Assembly: GCA_037447605.1 (NCBI GenBank)
Contig: CM074821.1
Location: forward strand, 496,001 to 560,000
Origin: Zygnema circumcarinatum SAG 698-1b
Lineage: Eukaryota; Plantae; Zygnematophyceae
Reading direction: 5' to 3'
DNA length: 64,000 bases
Below the pieces are notes generated by a model. That model searched no databases, had not been told where the DNA came from, and saw nothing but the letters and a program-made list of their open reading frames with translations. Positions 37,101 through 50,234 of the stretch are shown here, piece by piece; the first letter of the stretch is position 1; each line of letters begins with the position of its first letter. Both the position numbers and the translations under genes were made by a program.

Positions 37101-40052
37101 AGAACAGAGAGGTATTAATAAGCTTCACTCATTTCCCCTTACGTTGAGAGAAGCGAACACAGTTGCGAGACGTGACGCAGCGAGTTCTATACAATTTTGA
37201 GAAGCTGCCCCGAATTCCGGGCAGCTGGGACTGAACAAATCTCCCAGAGCGGATTCTTGGTCCGTGGTGAAAGCCTGCAATAAAACAAAAATACAATAAA
37301 AAAGCTTTAATCGTAGTTTCAAAGCACTTATCGCAAGGTTTATCGAATTATTTACTATTTCCTTCATTTCTATTCTTATATCAACTCGGTTCAATCCTCC
37401 ATTTCATTTGAAGGTTTCAAATTCTCGCAGTTTTCCGTTCAACATATTTTCCGGAAAGACCATAAAATAGTAATAATAACTCCTAATTCCTTAACTTATT
37501 GCTTAAAAGGTCCCCTTGTGCTTCTCACCTGCCCGTCCACAACGAGATATTCCAAATTCACCTGATTTCAAAAAAAGGAAAAAATGAAAAAAAGGGGTAT
37601 ATTCCCATCCGCACATTTACATCAATATGAACAAAAGCCCTATTTTAAGAATAGAGAATGAATAGAGGGTAAAAAAAAAATTAGCGCATATTTGCATAGA
37701 ATCTTCATGTAACCCCAAGAACCCTAAAACTCGCCTTCACAAATTAGTACATTACCTAAATATGTCTACCGGGTTCAGATTCAAATTTTCTTTTTCAAAT
37801 TTGAATTCAAATTTCAAAGGTTCAAAGGGTTTTTTTTTTTTTTAGGAAGGATTTAGAGGGGGCACCTCTTGAAGAGTAGCGAGGCGAGGCTTTAAAATTT
37901 GACTATTTTTTATTCCCTTCAATAAATCCGGAGAAGGGGTGGAAGTGAATAGCACATGGGCCCTGCACTCTACGACAAAAAAAAAAAACACATTTGACCT
38001 TTCATAGCCTTTACATATTTGATTTCTTTTTTAGTTAGTTTGACTTTTTTGGGCTTTGGAAATTTCGTGGTTTAGAAAGTAGGAAAGGTTCGAAATTGCT
38101 TTGGAATTTCTCGAAGGCTGCGAGTGAAGATCTGGTCTCTCGAAGGGACATTTAGAATGAGTACGATGCAAACAAAGAGATGATTCAGGAGGTGATTTGC
38201 ACGAAGAAATGTACTCTTTTCGTTCTCAAGGTGTTGGATGGGTCGTAATCATTTGGTTGTGGGGGAAGGAGGAAAGGGGGGGGAGGGGAGGGGGGAGAAA
38301 GAGGGAGGGGGAGAGGAGAGGGAGATGGGAGAGGTAGGGGTGAGAGGGGAAAGGGAGAGGGAAGAGGGGAGGAGGGGGAGAGGTGAAGGGAGATGGGAGG
38401 GGTAGAAGCTGAAGGGCAAAGGGCGGGAGAAGAGGCAGGTCGTAGAGGTAGAGGGAGGAGGAGAGAGGAGAGGAGATGGGCGAGGTAGAGGTTGGACGAG
38501 GAAAAAAGGGGGGAGAGGCTGAAGGGGTAGAGATAGAGGGAGACAGAGAGGAGTGGGAAGTTCGCGGAGGTAGAGGGAAGTGGAGGGGAGAGGGAGACGG
38601 AGAGGGGGAGGGGAGAGAGGGAGGAGAGGGAGGAGGGGAGGGCGCAGAGGTGCGAGAAGAGTGAGAGAGAGGGAGAGGGAGAGGGAGAGAGATAGATAGA
38701 GGAAGTTGAGAGAGGAGATTGTGGCCGCATGAACCTACATGCGATACCGAGGAGGCTTGTCGACCATATCGTCGATCAACTGCCTCACACTGCCCCAAAA
38801 TCAAGAAAACTATCCTCAGATGATACTCTAAAACCCTAGAAACCATATTTTCATCTTTCTTCTTCGAAGGGCTTCTACCCTCTGAGACTTCAAAGAGGAA
38901 ATTTTGAGTTTTTGGAGACTAAAAAACTTTGAATGATGATTCTCTCCTTCAAATCGTTTCCTGTATGCGCTGCATCGGTAGAGAATGGACAAAATTTAAG
39001 TTTCAGGGCTCGCCTTTCTTGAGAGGGACGAATGAAATAAATGGCATCGAAAGTGGGCTGAGTTTCCCTCCGCTTTTCCAGCGCTAACAGCTCTGAGGCA
39101 AAGAAAAGAACAAAAAAATATGCATATCTAAATATATATATATATGCGTATTAGACTCGAGGGCCAGTCAAGACTCTGCGAAAGCATGCCCTCCCTAAGT
39201 TGATTGACGCTATATATATATAAATATACAATTAATATTAATTATATGTAATTAAGATTGGGAAAGAGATAGAGAGTGACAGAGGAGAGGAAAGAGGAGG
39301 GAGGGACAAGAGAGCCAGTACGGAGTAGGGAGGCAGAAGGAGCGCGAAAAAGAGAGAGGGAGGCGAAGGGAGGGAGGGAAGGAGAAGGTAGGGAGGGAGG
39401 GAGGGAGGGAGGGAGGACTTCACGAGCGACGTTCTTTCCAACGACTTCGGTGGTCGAGCAGACCGCATTCAAGAATTTTACGGCGAAAGAGTCCATCACC
39501 AACACCTGCAAAGTGCCCAGATTCACGACTTAACCGATATAAGAAGAGAAAGATAAAAACTCGAAAATGGTATATACAAGCGAAAACACTGGGGAGGAGA
39601 GGGGGTAGCGAAACAGAAAAGCACGTGAGACTGCGGCAACTAAAGCCGTCCTTGCCATGCAGCGCGACCTGCATTACTGCGCAGCAGATAGAACTGAACA
39701 ACGGTTGCATGTAAACCCTAAAACCATACCTTGTACGTTGACCCCCGCCCTTCTAAGCTTCCAAGAATCTCCTCCAAAACGCCTGCCCCCCAAGAAACCA
39801 CAAACCAAAAACCAGAAACTAGAGACTTTAAAAACCGTAAACCGCAGCATTCCCTAACCCTAAATTCACCGTCCACAAAATTGCCCCTTAGTAAAGCAGA
39901 GAGACCTGCAAACCCTAAAATCCCTCGAGGCAGGCGCCTATACGTTCACACGTGCGGAGGAGGGAGGGCGTTCACACACGCGAACGCGTTTGCTGGCGGA
40001 AGGCGGCAGGGGGACGCTTCAGAGACGTCAGGCGGTCCCTCAGGGACGCCAT
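31170..40052 (-). CDS. SEC1: Sec1/Munc18 (SM) family protein, SEC1/KEULE-like, ~20 exons
   Basis: ATG 40052: MASLRDRLTSLKRPPAAFRQQTR|RLSALLRG|..STYK|VLVMDSF. Further: DAIYFIRPSQE, VNLEYLVVDGQ|AFTTD, LATVFASLN|EHPRVRYR, TCDLLLVDRSVDL|IAPFIHDWSY, DPLWVDLR, LFRFYPYIR|DLTEDL, RIFIFIIGGMTRAE, EVVVGSTSID. The last exon and stop (~31170) are less certain. Confidence 0.92.
33391..33588 (+). repeat. (TTCAGGG)~28 telomere-variant array directly after a SEC1 5' splice site
   Basis: Near-perfect heptamer array with one gatcaggg variant near 33470. Confidence 0.97.
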
Positions 40053-41101
40053 GGCGGGGACTGGGGACCGGGACAGCCGTCAGCAGGAGGGTCGTTAGGG
40101 CGCTGCTACTTTTCCTGAGGGTGGAGGAGACGTCAAGAAGGAGCCAGGAGAGAGAGAGAAGGAGAGGGAGAGAGCAAGAGAGCGAAAGAGGGAGGGAGAG
40201 AGAGAGAGCTGAGAGAGAGAGAGAGTGATAGGAGAGTGAGAGAGCGAGAGTGAGAGTGCGTGTACGGGATGCGTCCGTACGTATTATTATCGCTGCCGTA
40301 CCGTACGATGGTTGAACTGAAAGACTCGTTTGACTTCATTGACTCGGTAAATTATTATGGGAGATAGTTGCGTTGAATCTAACAGGAACTGGATCTGCAT
40401 AGACATCGATCGGAGGATTTCCAGTCCAAATTTCAGAACTGGGGTCACATGTAGACTGATGAATGTTCGATGGTTTAGCCGTCTATGGCACGTGCGATCG
40501 ACGGCTGAAATGCGCCGTGACGGGTCTGTACTTTGGGAAGCTAAAGATTTTACCGTATAGCTGCCTCTCCCTCAGTAGACAAACCCTAAATTTGTGTGCA
40601 GGAGACTAGGGCGAGCGTAAGGGAAAGGGAGTGCGGTAACGGGAGCGGGAGCGGGAGAGGGAGAGGGAGAGGGAGAGGGATAGCGGGAGAGGGAGAGGGA
40701 GAGGGATAGCGGGAGAGGGAGAGGGAGGGGGAGAGGGAGAGCGGGAGAGGGAGAGGGGGCGAGAGGGAGAGGGAGAGCGGGAGCGGGAGGAGCAGAAGAG
40801 AGAAGAGTGGGAGAGGAGCGGGAGAGGAAGAATTTTAGTGCAGAGGAAGTGAGGAGGAGAGAAGACCGGGAGAAAGAAACGGAGTCCTTAAACTTGAAAC
40901 TGCAGCAAGGAACGCCCCACGGAGAGAACAGTCCGAGCAGCAAGAGCGCTCCTAATTCCACCGCCTTCCTGAACCCTAACCGCCCCTTTCCCCCCTTCAC
41001 CTCCCACCCAGAACCCCTCAAATCCCTAACCCTAATCTCCCTCTCTCTCACCTACACCTCCCACCCAAACCTCTCCAAAACCCCAACCCTAATCCTCCTC
41101 C

Positions 41102-41842
41102 ATGGCGGGCGAGTACGGGCGCGAGCCCTGCCCGGACCGCATCCTGGATGACGTGGGCGGGGCCTTCAGCATGGGCGCTGTGGGGGGCTCCGCGTGGCAC
41201 TTTGTGAAGGGCCTCAAAAACTCGCCACGTGGCCACCGTCTATTGGGCGGCACCCAGGCTGTGCAGATCAACGCCCCCAAAATCGGCGGCAGCTTCGCGG
41301 TTTGGGGCGGCCTCTTTTCGACCTTCGACTGCTCCCTTGTGTACCTCCGCCAGAAGGAGGACCCCTGGAATGCCATAGCCGCTGGGTTTCTGACAGGTGG
41401 CACGCTGCAGATCCGTGCAGGCCCGCGATCCGCCCTCCAATCCGCCATATTTGGAGGCATCATTTTAGGGTTGATTGAAGGGGCGGGAATTCTGGTCAAC
41501 AGAATGGCTTCCGGCTTGCCAGCTCAGCCGCCAGCTCAGCCGGCTCTGGAGCCTGTCCCGGGTGTTGCAGGGCTGCCACGTGGCATGGGGGGAGGTGCGG
41601 AAGGGCGGTATTTGGGTAATTCTGCGCAGCAAGATGGGGTACAAATGGGGTCTTCATCGGCTGCTTCTGGGGGAGAAGAGGGGAAAGGAGGGGGCTTTTT
41701 TGGGGGATTTTTTGGGGGCAGCAAAAAGCAGGAAGTGGGTGAGGGAAGGGTTTCGGAGAGGTTGGAGAGCTTTGAGTCTAGCTCGCCTCCTCCGACTCCC
41801 GATTTTGGGGCTGGAGATGATTCGTGGTTGAAGTCAAAGTGA
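41102..41842 (+). CDS. TIM17: Mitochondrial inner membrane translocase subunit TIM17, with a C-terminal extension; intronless
   Basis: 246-aa ORF: [57 protein letters not shown]. Confidence 0.97.
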   Translation: MAGEYGREPCPDRILDDVGGAFSMGAVGGSAWHFVKGLKNSPRGHRLLGGTQAVQINAPKIGGSFAVWGGLFSTFDCSLVYLRQKEDPWNAIAAGFLTGGTLQIRAGPRSALQSAIFGGIILGLIEGAGILVNRMASGLPAQPPAQPALEPVPGVAGLPRGMGGGAEGRYLGNSAQQDGVQMGSSSAASGGEEGKGGGFFGGFFGGSKKQEVGEGRVSERLESFESSSPPPTPDFGAGDDSWLKSK

Positions 41843-41860
41843 GAGAGGGTGGGAGGGTAG

Positions 41861-41926
<66 letters not shown>

Positions 41927-44092
41927 AGATTAGGGGGAGAGGTAGGCAGAGGGATGGGTAGAATTTTGTTGATCTGAATTAAGATACAGTTTTGGTGCGG
42001 TGAAGAAGTCGAGCGAATAAGCAGTTGTTCCTGGCTGCATACAACGCTTAGTATTTTCTCAGAATTATTTTTCTGGGTTGGAGGGGAAGGTCCTGGTGGG
42101 GGGAACAGATCAGCTTCAGCTTCATAAAAGCTTGGGAGTATTTTTTTCTGTACTTTTAATCTTGGGATTCTTTCTCGAGTGGGTCTTGAATCTTTAACGA
42201 GAGTTTTGAATGAAGAGGAGGCTGAGATTTTGTTAATTACATGTGACTGCTAGGGAGTTTTTTTCTAGTCCTACCAAAACTCTCCTGAAGGGTATGTTCT
42301 TTGAGTCTCTAATTTGAAGCAATCCTTTTTATTTGACAGAACTCATTCCATGGTTGACTTCATTTGACCCTTGGAAAAGTAAACTTTCAACGTAGATTTT
42401 CCTCTAAGGGGTGCAATAAGTCAATCATTTCTTAGTTGGATCAATTCAAACAAAGAAAGGGGATTGTGATGCTTTGGAGTAAAATTTTGAAGGGACGAAA
42501 AAATTAAAGACTGCATATTTATCATTCTTGTCAGAAGAAAGGACGGGAATTCCTCTTGGGAATTGAGGCCTTCAAGGACTGCACGGCAGCTGAGACGGCG
42601 CGCAGGGCTGAACAAAAAAAATTAGTAAATTGTTGAGCACAGTATTCTTTCCTTGAAGCCACTTGGAATTCTTGTATGATGCCTGCTACACATGCTGTAA
42701 CTATGTATTGGTCGTGAATTCTGTTGTCTGCTTTGGCTGCCTGTGGCTGACATGGCATGGCATGGCATGGTGACAACTTTGGTCATTTTAATTATCAGCT
42801 GCCTCGGCTTAGACACGTGCTTTGCAGTACGCTTGTATGCTGACGGTGCATGTGCACAGTGTGCAATTTTACGGTTTGTTTGCAGAAACTCGCTAACTCC
42901 ATGGCACGACTTCATCGCCTCACTCCATGCAACTCGGCTCCCGTTTGAACCGGGTCGTACATGGAACGAGCAGTGGTATCTCCCTCGTTAGGAACGAGGT
43001 TTTGAACGTTCGGCAGAGAGCAAACATTCCGTGATTTTTATTTATTTTTTAACAAAAGAGTGTGTGGACTGTATGCTGCAAAGGTGGCATATGCTCCGCA
43101 TACATTTTCTAAAATTTCGTCGTCGGAGCATGTGGACATATGTAGGGCAGTAGATGCGGTGGAAATCAAACTTCCTAATTGAAGAAACTTTGTCACATGG
43201 CAACAGCAGAGAGGAGCCAAGTTTGGAACCGACTCATCATCACAATGGACACTACATAGAACCTCAATTACAGTTCAGTATCCGCATTTCATAACTGTGG
43301 CACACAGAACATGCCCTATCCATGTGCTGTCCGTTACATCCTCAGCTACCTTAAGAGTTCTCAATCTCACGTCTACCAAAAGCACTCGAGCTGCTTATGA
43401 AATGATTCTTCTCGTGTGTACCCAAACCCAAAAAACACACAAGGAAGTCCCAAGATCTAACCAGAACTGAAACAGACAGCGTTGAAGACGACGAACTGCA
43501 TGCTACTGACAGTACCGAGTCTCTAATTCGCTACAGCAAACGAGCACAAAATATTGAAACACAAACGGACCCTAACGATACAGAAGGAGCATCCTATATG
43601 CTCGTCTTTCTCCCTGGAGCTACCACAGAGAGAAAGAAAAAGTGCGAGTGGGAGGGAGAGAGAGGGAGAGGGAGGGAGGGAGGGACGGGGCAGAGTGAGA
43701 GAGAGCGAGAGAGCAACTCTACCTACACGCATGCTCCTTGTAACATCGGCAACGGGCAGATGGAAAAAGGGAGCAGTCCATGCCCTGCCTTCTGACTGAC
43801 AGGGAGCCCCCAAAAATAGAAGCATGGCCTGCCTGCCGACATTACAAGTGACCAACAAGAACAGGAAAAAAGAAAGGGAGGGGGAGAGATAGAGAGAGAG
43901 GGAAAGAGACAGAGAGACAGAAAGAGAGAGAGAGAGAGAGGCGCCGGCATCACATATGTACCGCCCGTATGGAACCCTCCTCCAAAACGGCGAAGAAGGG
44001 AAAGACGAGTAATGAACTGTAGCTGTATCCCACTCACTCAATCCTCTCGTCTCCAACGTCTCACCTTTAGCTCTTCTATGCAGACCCCAAAC

Positions 44093-47000
44093 TCACATGC
44101 GACTTCCGAGCCCCCCCACTCCCTCCTCCCCCCATCCCTCCTCCCCCTNNNNNNNNNNTCCTCCTCCTCCCCCTCCCCCTCCTCCCGAGCTCCTATTCGC
44201 CAGCCGCCGCTTGTACCGTTTCAGCACAGAAGCTAAGTTCTCCTTCCCCTTCGGAAATGCCACGTCACCCGCTGCCGTACCCGTCCGTCCTTTTCTCGCT
44301 CCTACCGCTGCCTCTACCTCCTTTATCATATCCAGAAAAAGCTGCGAACTTGGAGGCTTGGTATGGCTGTATGTGTATGGGCATGCGGCACCCCCCCCAT
44401 GCCATGACCATGCCCCCGCACCATGGCCATAGTCTAAGCCATAGGGGGCTATGGCAGGGGGGCGGAGGGACATGGCATCCATTCCTGCCTTCTCTTCAAA
44501 GCATTTGCAAAGGAGAGGGATATTCCGCGGCTTGAAGAAAGCAGGGTCAAGGATTCCCTGCATGCAATGTAGGTAGCATAGTTTTGGGGTTTTGAAGGGG
44601 GTAGATTGGAATGGGGTTGATGGGTTTTGGGAGTGTGGGGTGGGGGGGGTGGGAGATAGGGATATTGTTTGTAGGGTAGTTAGATTTTTTTGGCATTTGG
44701 TGGTGGCATCATTTTTTGATGAGGTTTCAGAGTTTGTAGCGTGTGCATAAACTTCCGAAGTCTCTGCCTTAGCTTATTCTGCCAAAAATTTCAGCCTGAA
44801 ACTTCATTGGGTCTTTACAATTCGGTGGTCCAAATTGACAAGAAAATGAAATTTTGAACAGTTTTTTTTTCCTTCTATTCTCTTCTCTTTTACTTCTTTA
44901 TCCACATCTTCCACACTTTCATCTTCTCACAGTCAATAAGAGAAAAGTATGGAAAAAAAAAAAAAAATCTCTTTGCTGACCTGCAAGCGGTTGAGCACAT
45001 ATGTGTATTTCCCCCAAAGCTCGGGCCGACTTTCCATCTGTGATAGTTCCAAAATCCGATGAACGCTCCAAACTCCAAAACTGACAACCAACTGTGGACT
45101 CCATATGCACTTCTCCCCACAAGCCCAAATGGGCCAACCGAAATTGTTATACTCCTGCATGGCAGAGAGAGCAAATGGACTACTCCCACCCTCTCTCCCA
45201 CCTCCCAACATTCCCCGAAGAGAGCTTCGATCGCCCCCTCCCACTCCTATCCCAAAGCTGCTCTTCTCCCTCCCTCCTCCCACTCGGCCGGATAAACCCG
45301 GAGTTGATCCCGGTCCGGAGATCTGTAATCCACTTGTTAAAGTGGATCCACTTGGATCAACATTCCCCCACTTCTTTTCATGATAAGCAACGCATGCTAT
45401 GAGGTCTTCATCTGCTCCAGTTTCAAATCTGAACAGCCAATCAGCACCATCTAATCGAAGCAGTCGCTGCATGCAACTCTTAAGAGCAGCCATGGCTTCC
45501 GTCTCTTTTGGTTTGGGGTTCTTATCAAAAGAAGGTCCATGGCCACGCAGAGCATCGGCTGAGCCAAACTCTCTCTCTCTCTCTCTCTCCCTCTCTCTCA
45601 CTCCTCCCTCTGTAGACCCAAAAAGCGTCTCATAGGGCTGCCGAATCCAATATGACGGTAAGGGGTTTCCTGCTGTTTGAGGGTGTTGGAGAGAAAAGGC
45701 TTCCCTTAGTCTCTGAGAAGGTGCAAGTTCATCAAAGGGGAGAGGAAACCCATTTGACTGTTCACTCAATATGGGGGGAGAGATTCCATGCCGCTCTTCT
45801 AAAGATGATCTCGCATCATATGCCATCTGCGTTTCAATCATCTGCTGCCTTTGATAGAGATCTGCCTCAGAATGCAAAGTAGAGTCGGGAGGACTTCCTG
45901 AGGTAGAAGAGAAGGGAGAGAGAGAGGACTCCCATCCCATCCCTCTCATGGATGCTCTTGCGTGATTAATCTCAATGTCATGTAGACTTCCTCCTCCTTC
46001 TCCAAGTCTAATTGCTTCAAAAGGATCAACAAGTCTTTGAACTTGCATTCGTGCTCGAGCTTCAATTGCTGCTTCCATATCATTGAAAACATAGTCCTGC
46101 CCTCCTCCTCCTCCTCCTCCCCCTCTTCTAGAAACATGCTCATAGTTTGAATGCTCATAGTCTGATAGAGCAGATGAAGGATTAGGGTTGTACCCAGACG
46201 TGGGAGGAGAGCCGCTATAGGCACTCCTTCCCCCAATGGGAGGGTTGGATGGGAGATGGAGTGGGAGAGCGGGAGAGCGGGAGACTCCCCCAAGGGCTGA
46301 TCCTGCTCTACGAGAGGAGGAGTGAAAACCTTGAGAATTGGCAACAAGAGAAGGTCCAAAATTCACATTTGATTGATATTCCCCATCATTGTAATATCCG
46401 GCTAAGTCTGAATATAGAGCAGAGGTAGAGCGGCTACCCCCCTCTACCATCCCCGGACCATTCCGAAGACTGCGAGAGGAGGGACGGGGCACATGTGCGA
46501 GCGTTCCGTATTGGTGTGGAACGGATCCCGTATTACTGAAACTCAACGGCCTTGCATATAAATCCATGGAGGAGACATCATACAAACCTTCCCTTCCCTG
46601 TTGAAGTCTGGAAAGCTTTCTTTGCAAGTTTAACTGGCCATCTATGTCAAGAAGTTGGGAGGTTGCTCCTACTGCTCCGCCTCTCCCTCCTCCCGCACTC
46701 CCTCCCACTCCCTCTCTCTCCCTCTCTCCAGCCTGCGCCTTCCCCCCTCCCCCCCCCTTCTGCGACGATATACTTTGCCCATGCAAATCGAACAATTTCC
46801 CCCAAAACTCATCCAGAATAGAAGTGAATTGCCGTCTTGCTCCTCTCCCAAGTCCTGATGAGAGTCGAGAGAGACTCCCACTCCCACTCCCTCCCGCTGC
46901 CAAGATATCAGCTTCTAAGCTTCTCCAACTGCGACTTGAACCCGGGCCATCCAAATGTGCATTGGAATTAGGGGGACTCCCTCCTACAGAGTGAGGAGGG

Positions 47001-47283
47001 GGCTCTTCAGTAGTCCCCTCCCACACATCCAAATCTGCATCCCCATCTCCATCTTCATCCGATTTATCCAAAGTAGTCTCAACCTCCACCTGTTGGGAGA
47101 GAGTCAAGCCATCTCCGCTCTCTCTCTCCAAGCCTCCAGCTTCAGTTTCAGAGGGTGGGACTTCTCTAGAAGCAGCAGAAAGGGTTAGGGTTGTGTAAGG
47201 AGAACTTTCGATTGGAGGAGATGAAGCTTCCGGAGAGGTTAGAACTTCATCATCCACAGGAGGGGGGGGGAGATGAGGAGGAG

Positions 47284-47318
<35 letters not shown>

Positions 47319-50193
47319 GGAGGAAGAGAAGGAGGAAGAGGAGAAGGAGGAAGAGAAGGAGGAGGAGGAAGAGGAGGAGGAGGAAGAGAAGGAGGAGGAG
47401 GAAGAGGAGGAGGAAGAGAAGGAGGAGGAAGAGGAGGAGGCGGAAGAGAAGGAGGAGGAAGAGGAGGAGGAAGAGAAGGAGGAGGAGGAAGAGGAGGAGG
47501 AAGAGAAGGAGGAGGAGGAGGAGTAGGAGGAGGAGGAGGAAGAGAAGGAGGAGGAGGAGGAGGAGGAGGAAGAGGAGGAGGAAGAGAAGGAGGAGGAAGA
47601 GGAGGAGTAGGAAGAGAAGGAGGAGGAAGAGGAGGAAGAGGAAGAGAAGGAGGAGGAAGAGGAGGAGTAGGAAGAGAAGGAGGAGGAGGAAGAGGAGGGG
47701 GGAGCGGCGGAGCCATCCCACTCACTTCGACCTTCTCTTCGGTCTCATCGATATGCACCATAGCCTTCACTTCTTCTTTTAAAGCATCTTCAACACCATT
47801 TGAGATTTTCGAATTTTCCTCGGGAATATCCACATCTATCGTTCGTTTATCAACAATGATTTCTTCATCCATCTTCTGAGAATAGCTTTCGTCTATGACT
47901 TTATCAATAGGAGGAAGGTCCATGTGTGCTTCTACTACCACTTCAGTCTCAAGCTCAGAAATGGTTTCCTTCAAAAATGTGGGAGGAACATTGTCAGCGA
48001 TTTTAGGGTTAGCCTCTTCTTCTGCGATTTCTGCATTGACTGTCTCCACTAATACTTCTTCTTCTCTGCCCTCTTCTCTCACTGCATTCTCTCCCTCCCC
48101 TTCATGTTTTTCCTCTATACTAGTCACAGACTCAGAAACAGGTTTAAGCTCGAGTTCAGGATTCGCTTGAGGAAGGGGTTCATCTTGGGGTTCAGAATGG
48201 GAGCTTATCACAAGCTGAGACGAAGGAATGTAAGGCTCAAAATGCACCTGACTTTTCTCATACGGAAAAAGTAAGCTCTCGGAATCTTTTGGTAGCTGAA
48301 AAGGGTCAAGTTCCATCTCCTTCTCGACAGTTTCAGTTGGGTTTTCCGTTACACTCGTCATGTTCTCCTTCACAAAATCTTCCACTCCCTTTTCTTCGAC
48401 TTTCACTTCTTCTACCACCTTATCCTCTTCACTTTCAACAATTTCCTCATAGTCCGCTTTCTCACGTTCTTCCCAAGTCTCCTCCTTCATATGATCCTCT
48501 TCCCTTCTCTCATCCAAAGAAAGGCCTTCCTTTGTTCCTATCGCTTCCAACTCTTGTATGTCTTCTCCTTCACTCTCATAAGCAGCTACAACAACCTCCG
48601 TAACTTCATACAATATACTCTCTCCCGTCACCTTCTGCTCGCCCACAGCGAATTCTTCCTCCTCATCCTCTACCGCTCGCTCAACTATTGAACTGTTTTC
48701 ATACATTCTTGACTCCAACTCGTTTTCATTCTTTTCATTAAACTCCACCTTCATCTCGTGTTCCAATTCCTCTCTTTCTTGGCCTATTTCTGTTAATTCA
48801 GAGACCTCTCCTGCTTCAGCATTTTCTCTCCCACCCTCTTCCACAATATGCTGTCCTTCCCAACTTCCGGCATCATAACTGCTCTTTAATTCTCCACAGC
48901 TTTCATCATCTACGCTCGGAATCTCTCCCACATTCACCTTTTCTCCTTCCTCTTCTGGAGGCCAGACTCTCACTCCCTCTCCTCTTACCCTCTCACTCCA
49001 TTCTTTCCCCTCTTCTCTACTCCTCTCACCCCAGGACCCACTCTCACTCTCTGTCCTCTCTTCCGTCCTCATCATTTCTGAACTCCCACTCCTCCTTTCA
49101 CTCCCTCCTTCCTCCCCGCTCCACCTTATCTCTCTGCTGCTATCTTCCACTGCTGTCTCTCTCTCCCACCCTTCAAAAGGGTCCTTTGTTACTATCTGCG
49201 TCTCTCTATGCTTCACCATCATCATCCTCCCACCCCATTCACCCACCTCTCTCATCTCCCTTACCTCAGTTGCTCGGAAAGGAGAGCCTTCCAACTCAAC
49301 CGTCTCTACTTGGAAGCTATCTCCTTCCCTCCCTCTCCTCCGAAGAACAGACATTGAGAGCTCCGTTCTTGCAACCTCCGTCTCTCTCTGTCGTCTCCCA
49401 CCACCTTCAAATGGCTCAAATTCCACCTTTGCCCCCTTCACCTCTGTCACAATCCGTCCACCTTTCAACGACCACTGTGTGAATTCCTCTCCCACCCTCC
49501 CCTCTCCGCCATACTGTTCAAACAGCCTCTGAGCCTCTCCCTCCTCCTCTCCCTTCAGAGGAGCCATAGACATCCAAAGGATGAGAGTTAAAGCCCCTCC
49601 CACCGACACTAACGCAGTAATAGCCCATCCAAACTGACTTAAGTCTCTCCATACTGAAGCTGTAGCCAACCCTACTCCAATATCAGACCCCCCTGTGAGA
49701 AACTCCCCACTTAACAACCACTCCCACAGCCCCATCCCTCCCAACTCCTCTACCTCTCCCACCATGCCTAGAAAGAGGTCAGCTATAAACCAAGAGTTCA
49801 TAGAAAAAACTGAAACGATAGAAAGCCAAGCCACCGTCTCCAGTATAGTGGGATTCCTATGGCTACCCATTCTTGCTTCTGAAGATGTGACTTTAATGAG
49901 GGGGACCGCAGTGAAGGGCAGCTGCAAGCCAAGAAATAGCTGCGATCCGAATAGGAGAGCGTTCACACTGTCTTCTCCAAATATCCAGATCGACCCAATT
50001 GCTACTAAAAGAGCTGCACTACGTCGGATCAATCGATAAAGCCATGGCTGAATGGGTTTTCCAGCAAAGCCTTCATATATGAGCTGAGAGGTGGTAGTGC
50101 TCATCAGCTTTGAGAGTTGTCCGGCACATACGAGACCGAGACCAAATGCTGTGGGAGCTAATTTGCTGTTGAGAACCTGAAAGGGAGAGATAA

Positions 50194-50234
<41 letters not shown>

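Noticed and set aside
41102-41842. Intronless TIM17 as a retrogene; its C-terminal extension as a novelty
   Set aside because: Plant TIM17 genes are commonly intron-poor, and TIM17-2-type C-terminal extensions are known. I see no poly-A remnant or TSD.
42743-42991. 82-aa ORF with a hydrophobic N-terminus and cysteines (possible secreted peptide)
   Set aside because: It starts within a (CATGG)n microrepeat between converging 3' ends, has no recognisable family motif, and its length is compatible with chance.
47191-47782. Poly-Glu and poly-Arg/Lys ORFs on the + strand
   Set aside because: They are antisense shadows of the EIN2 poly-Pro repeat, with no independent support.
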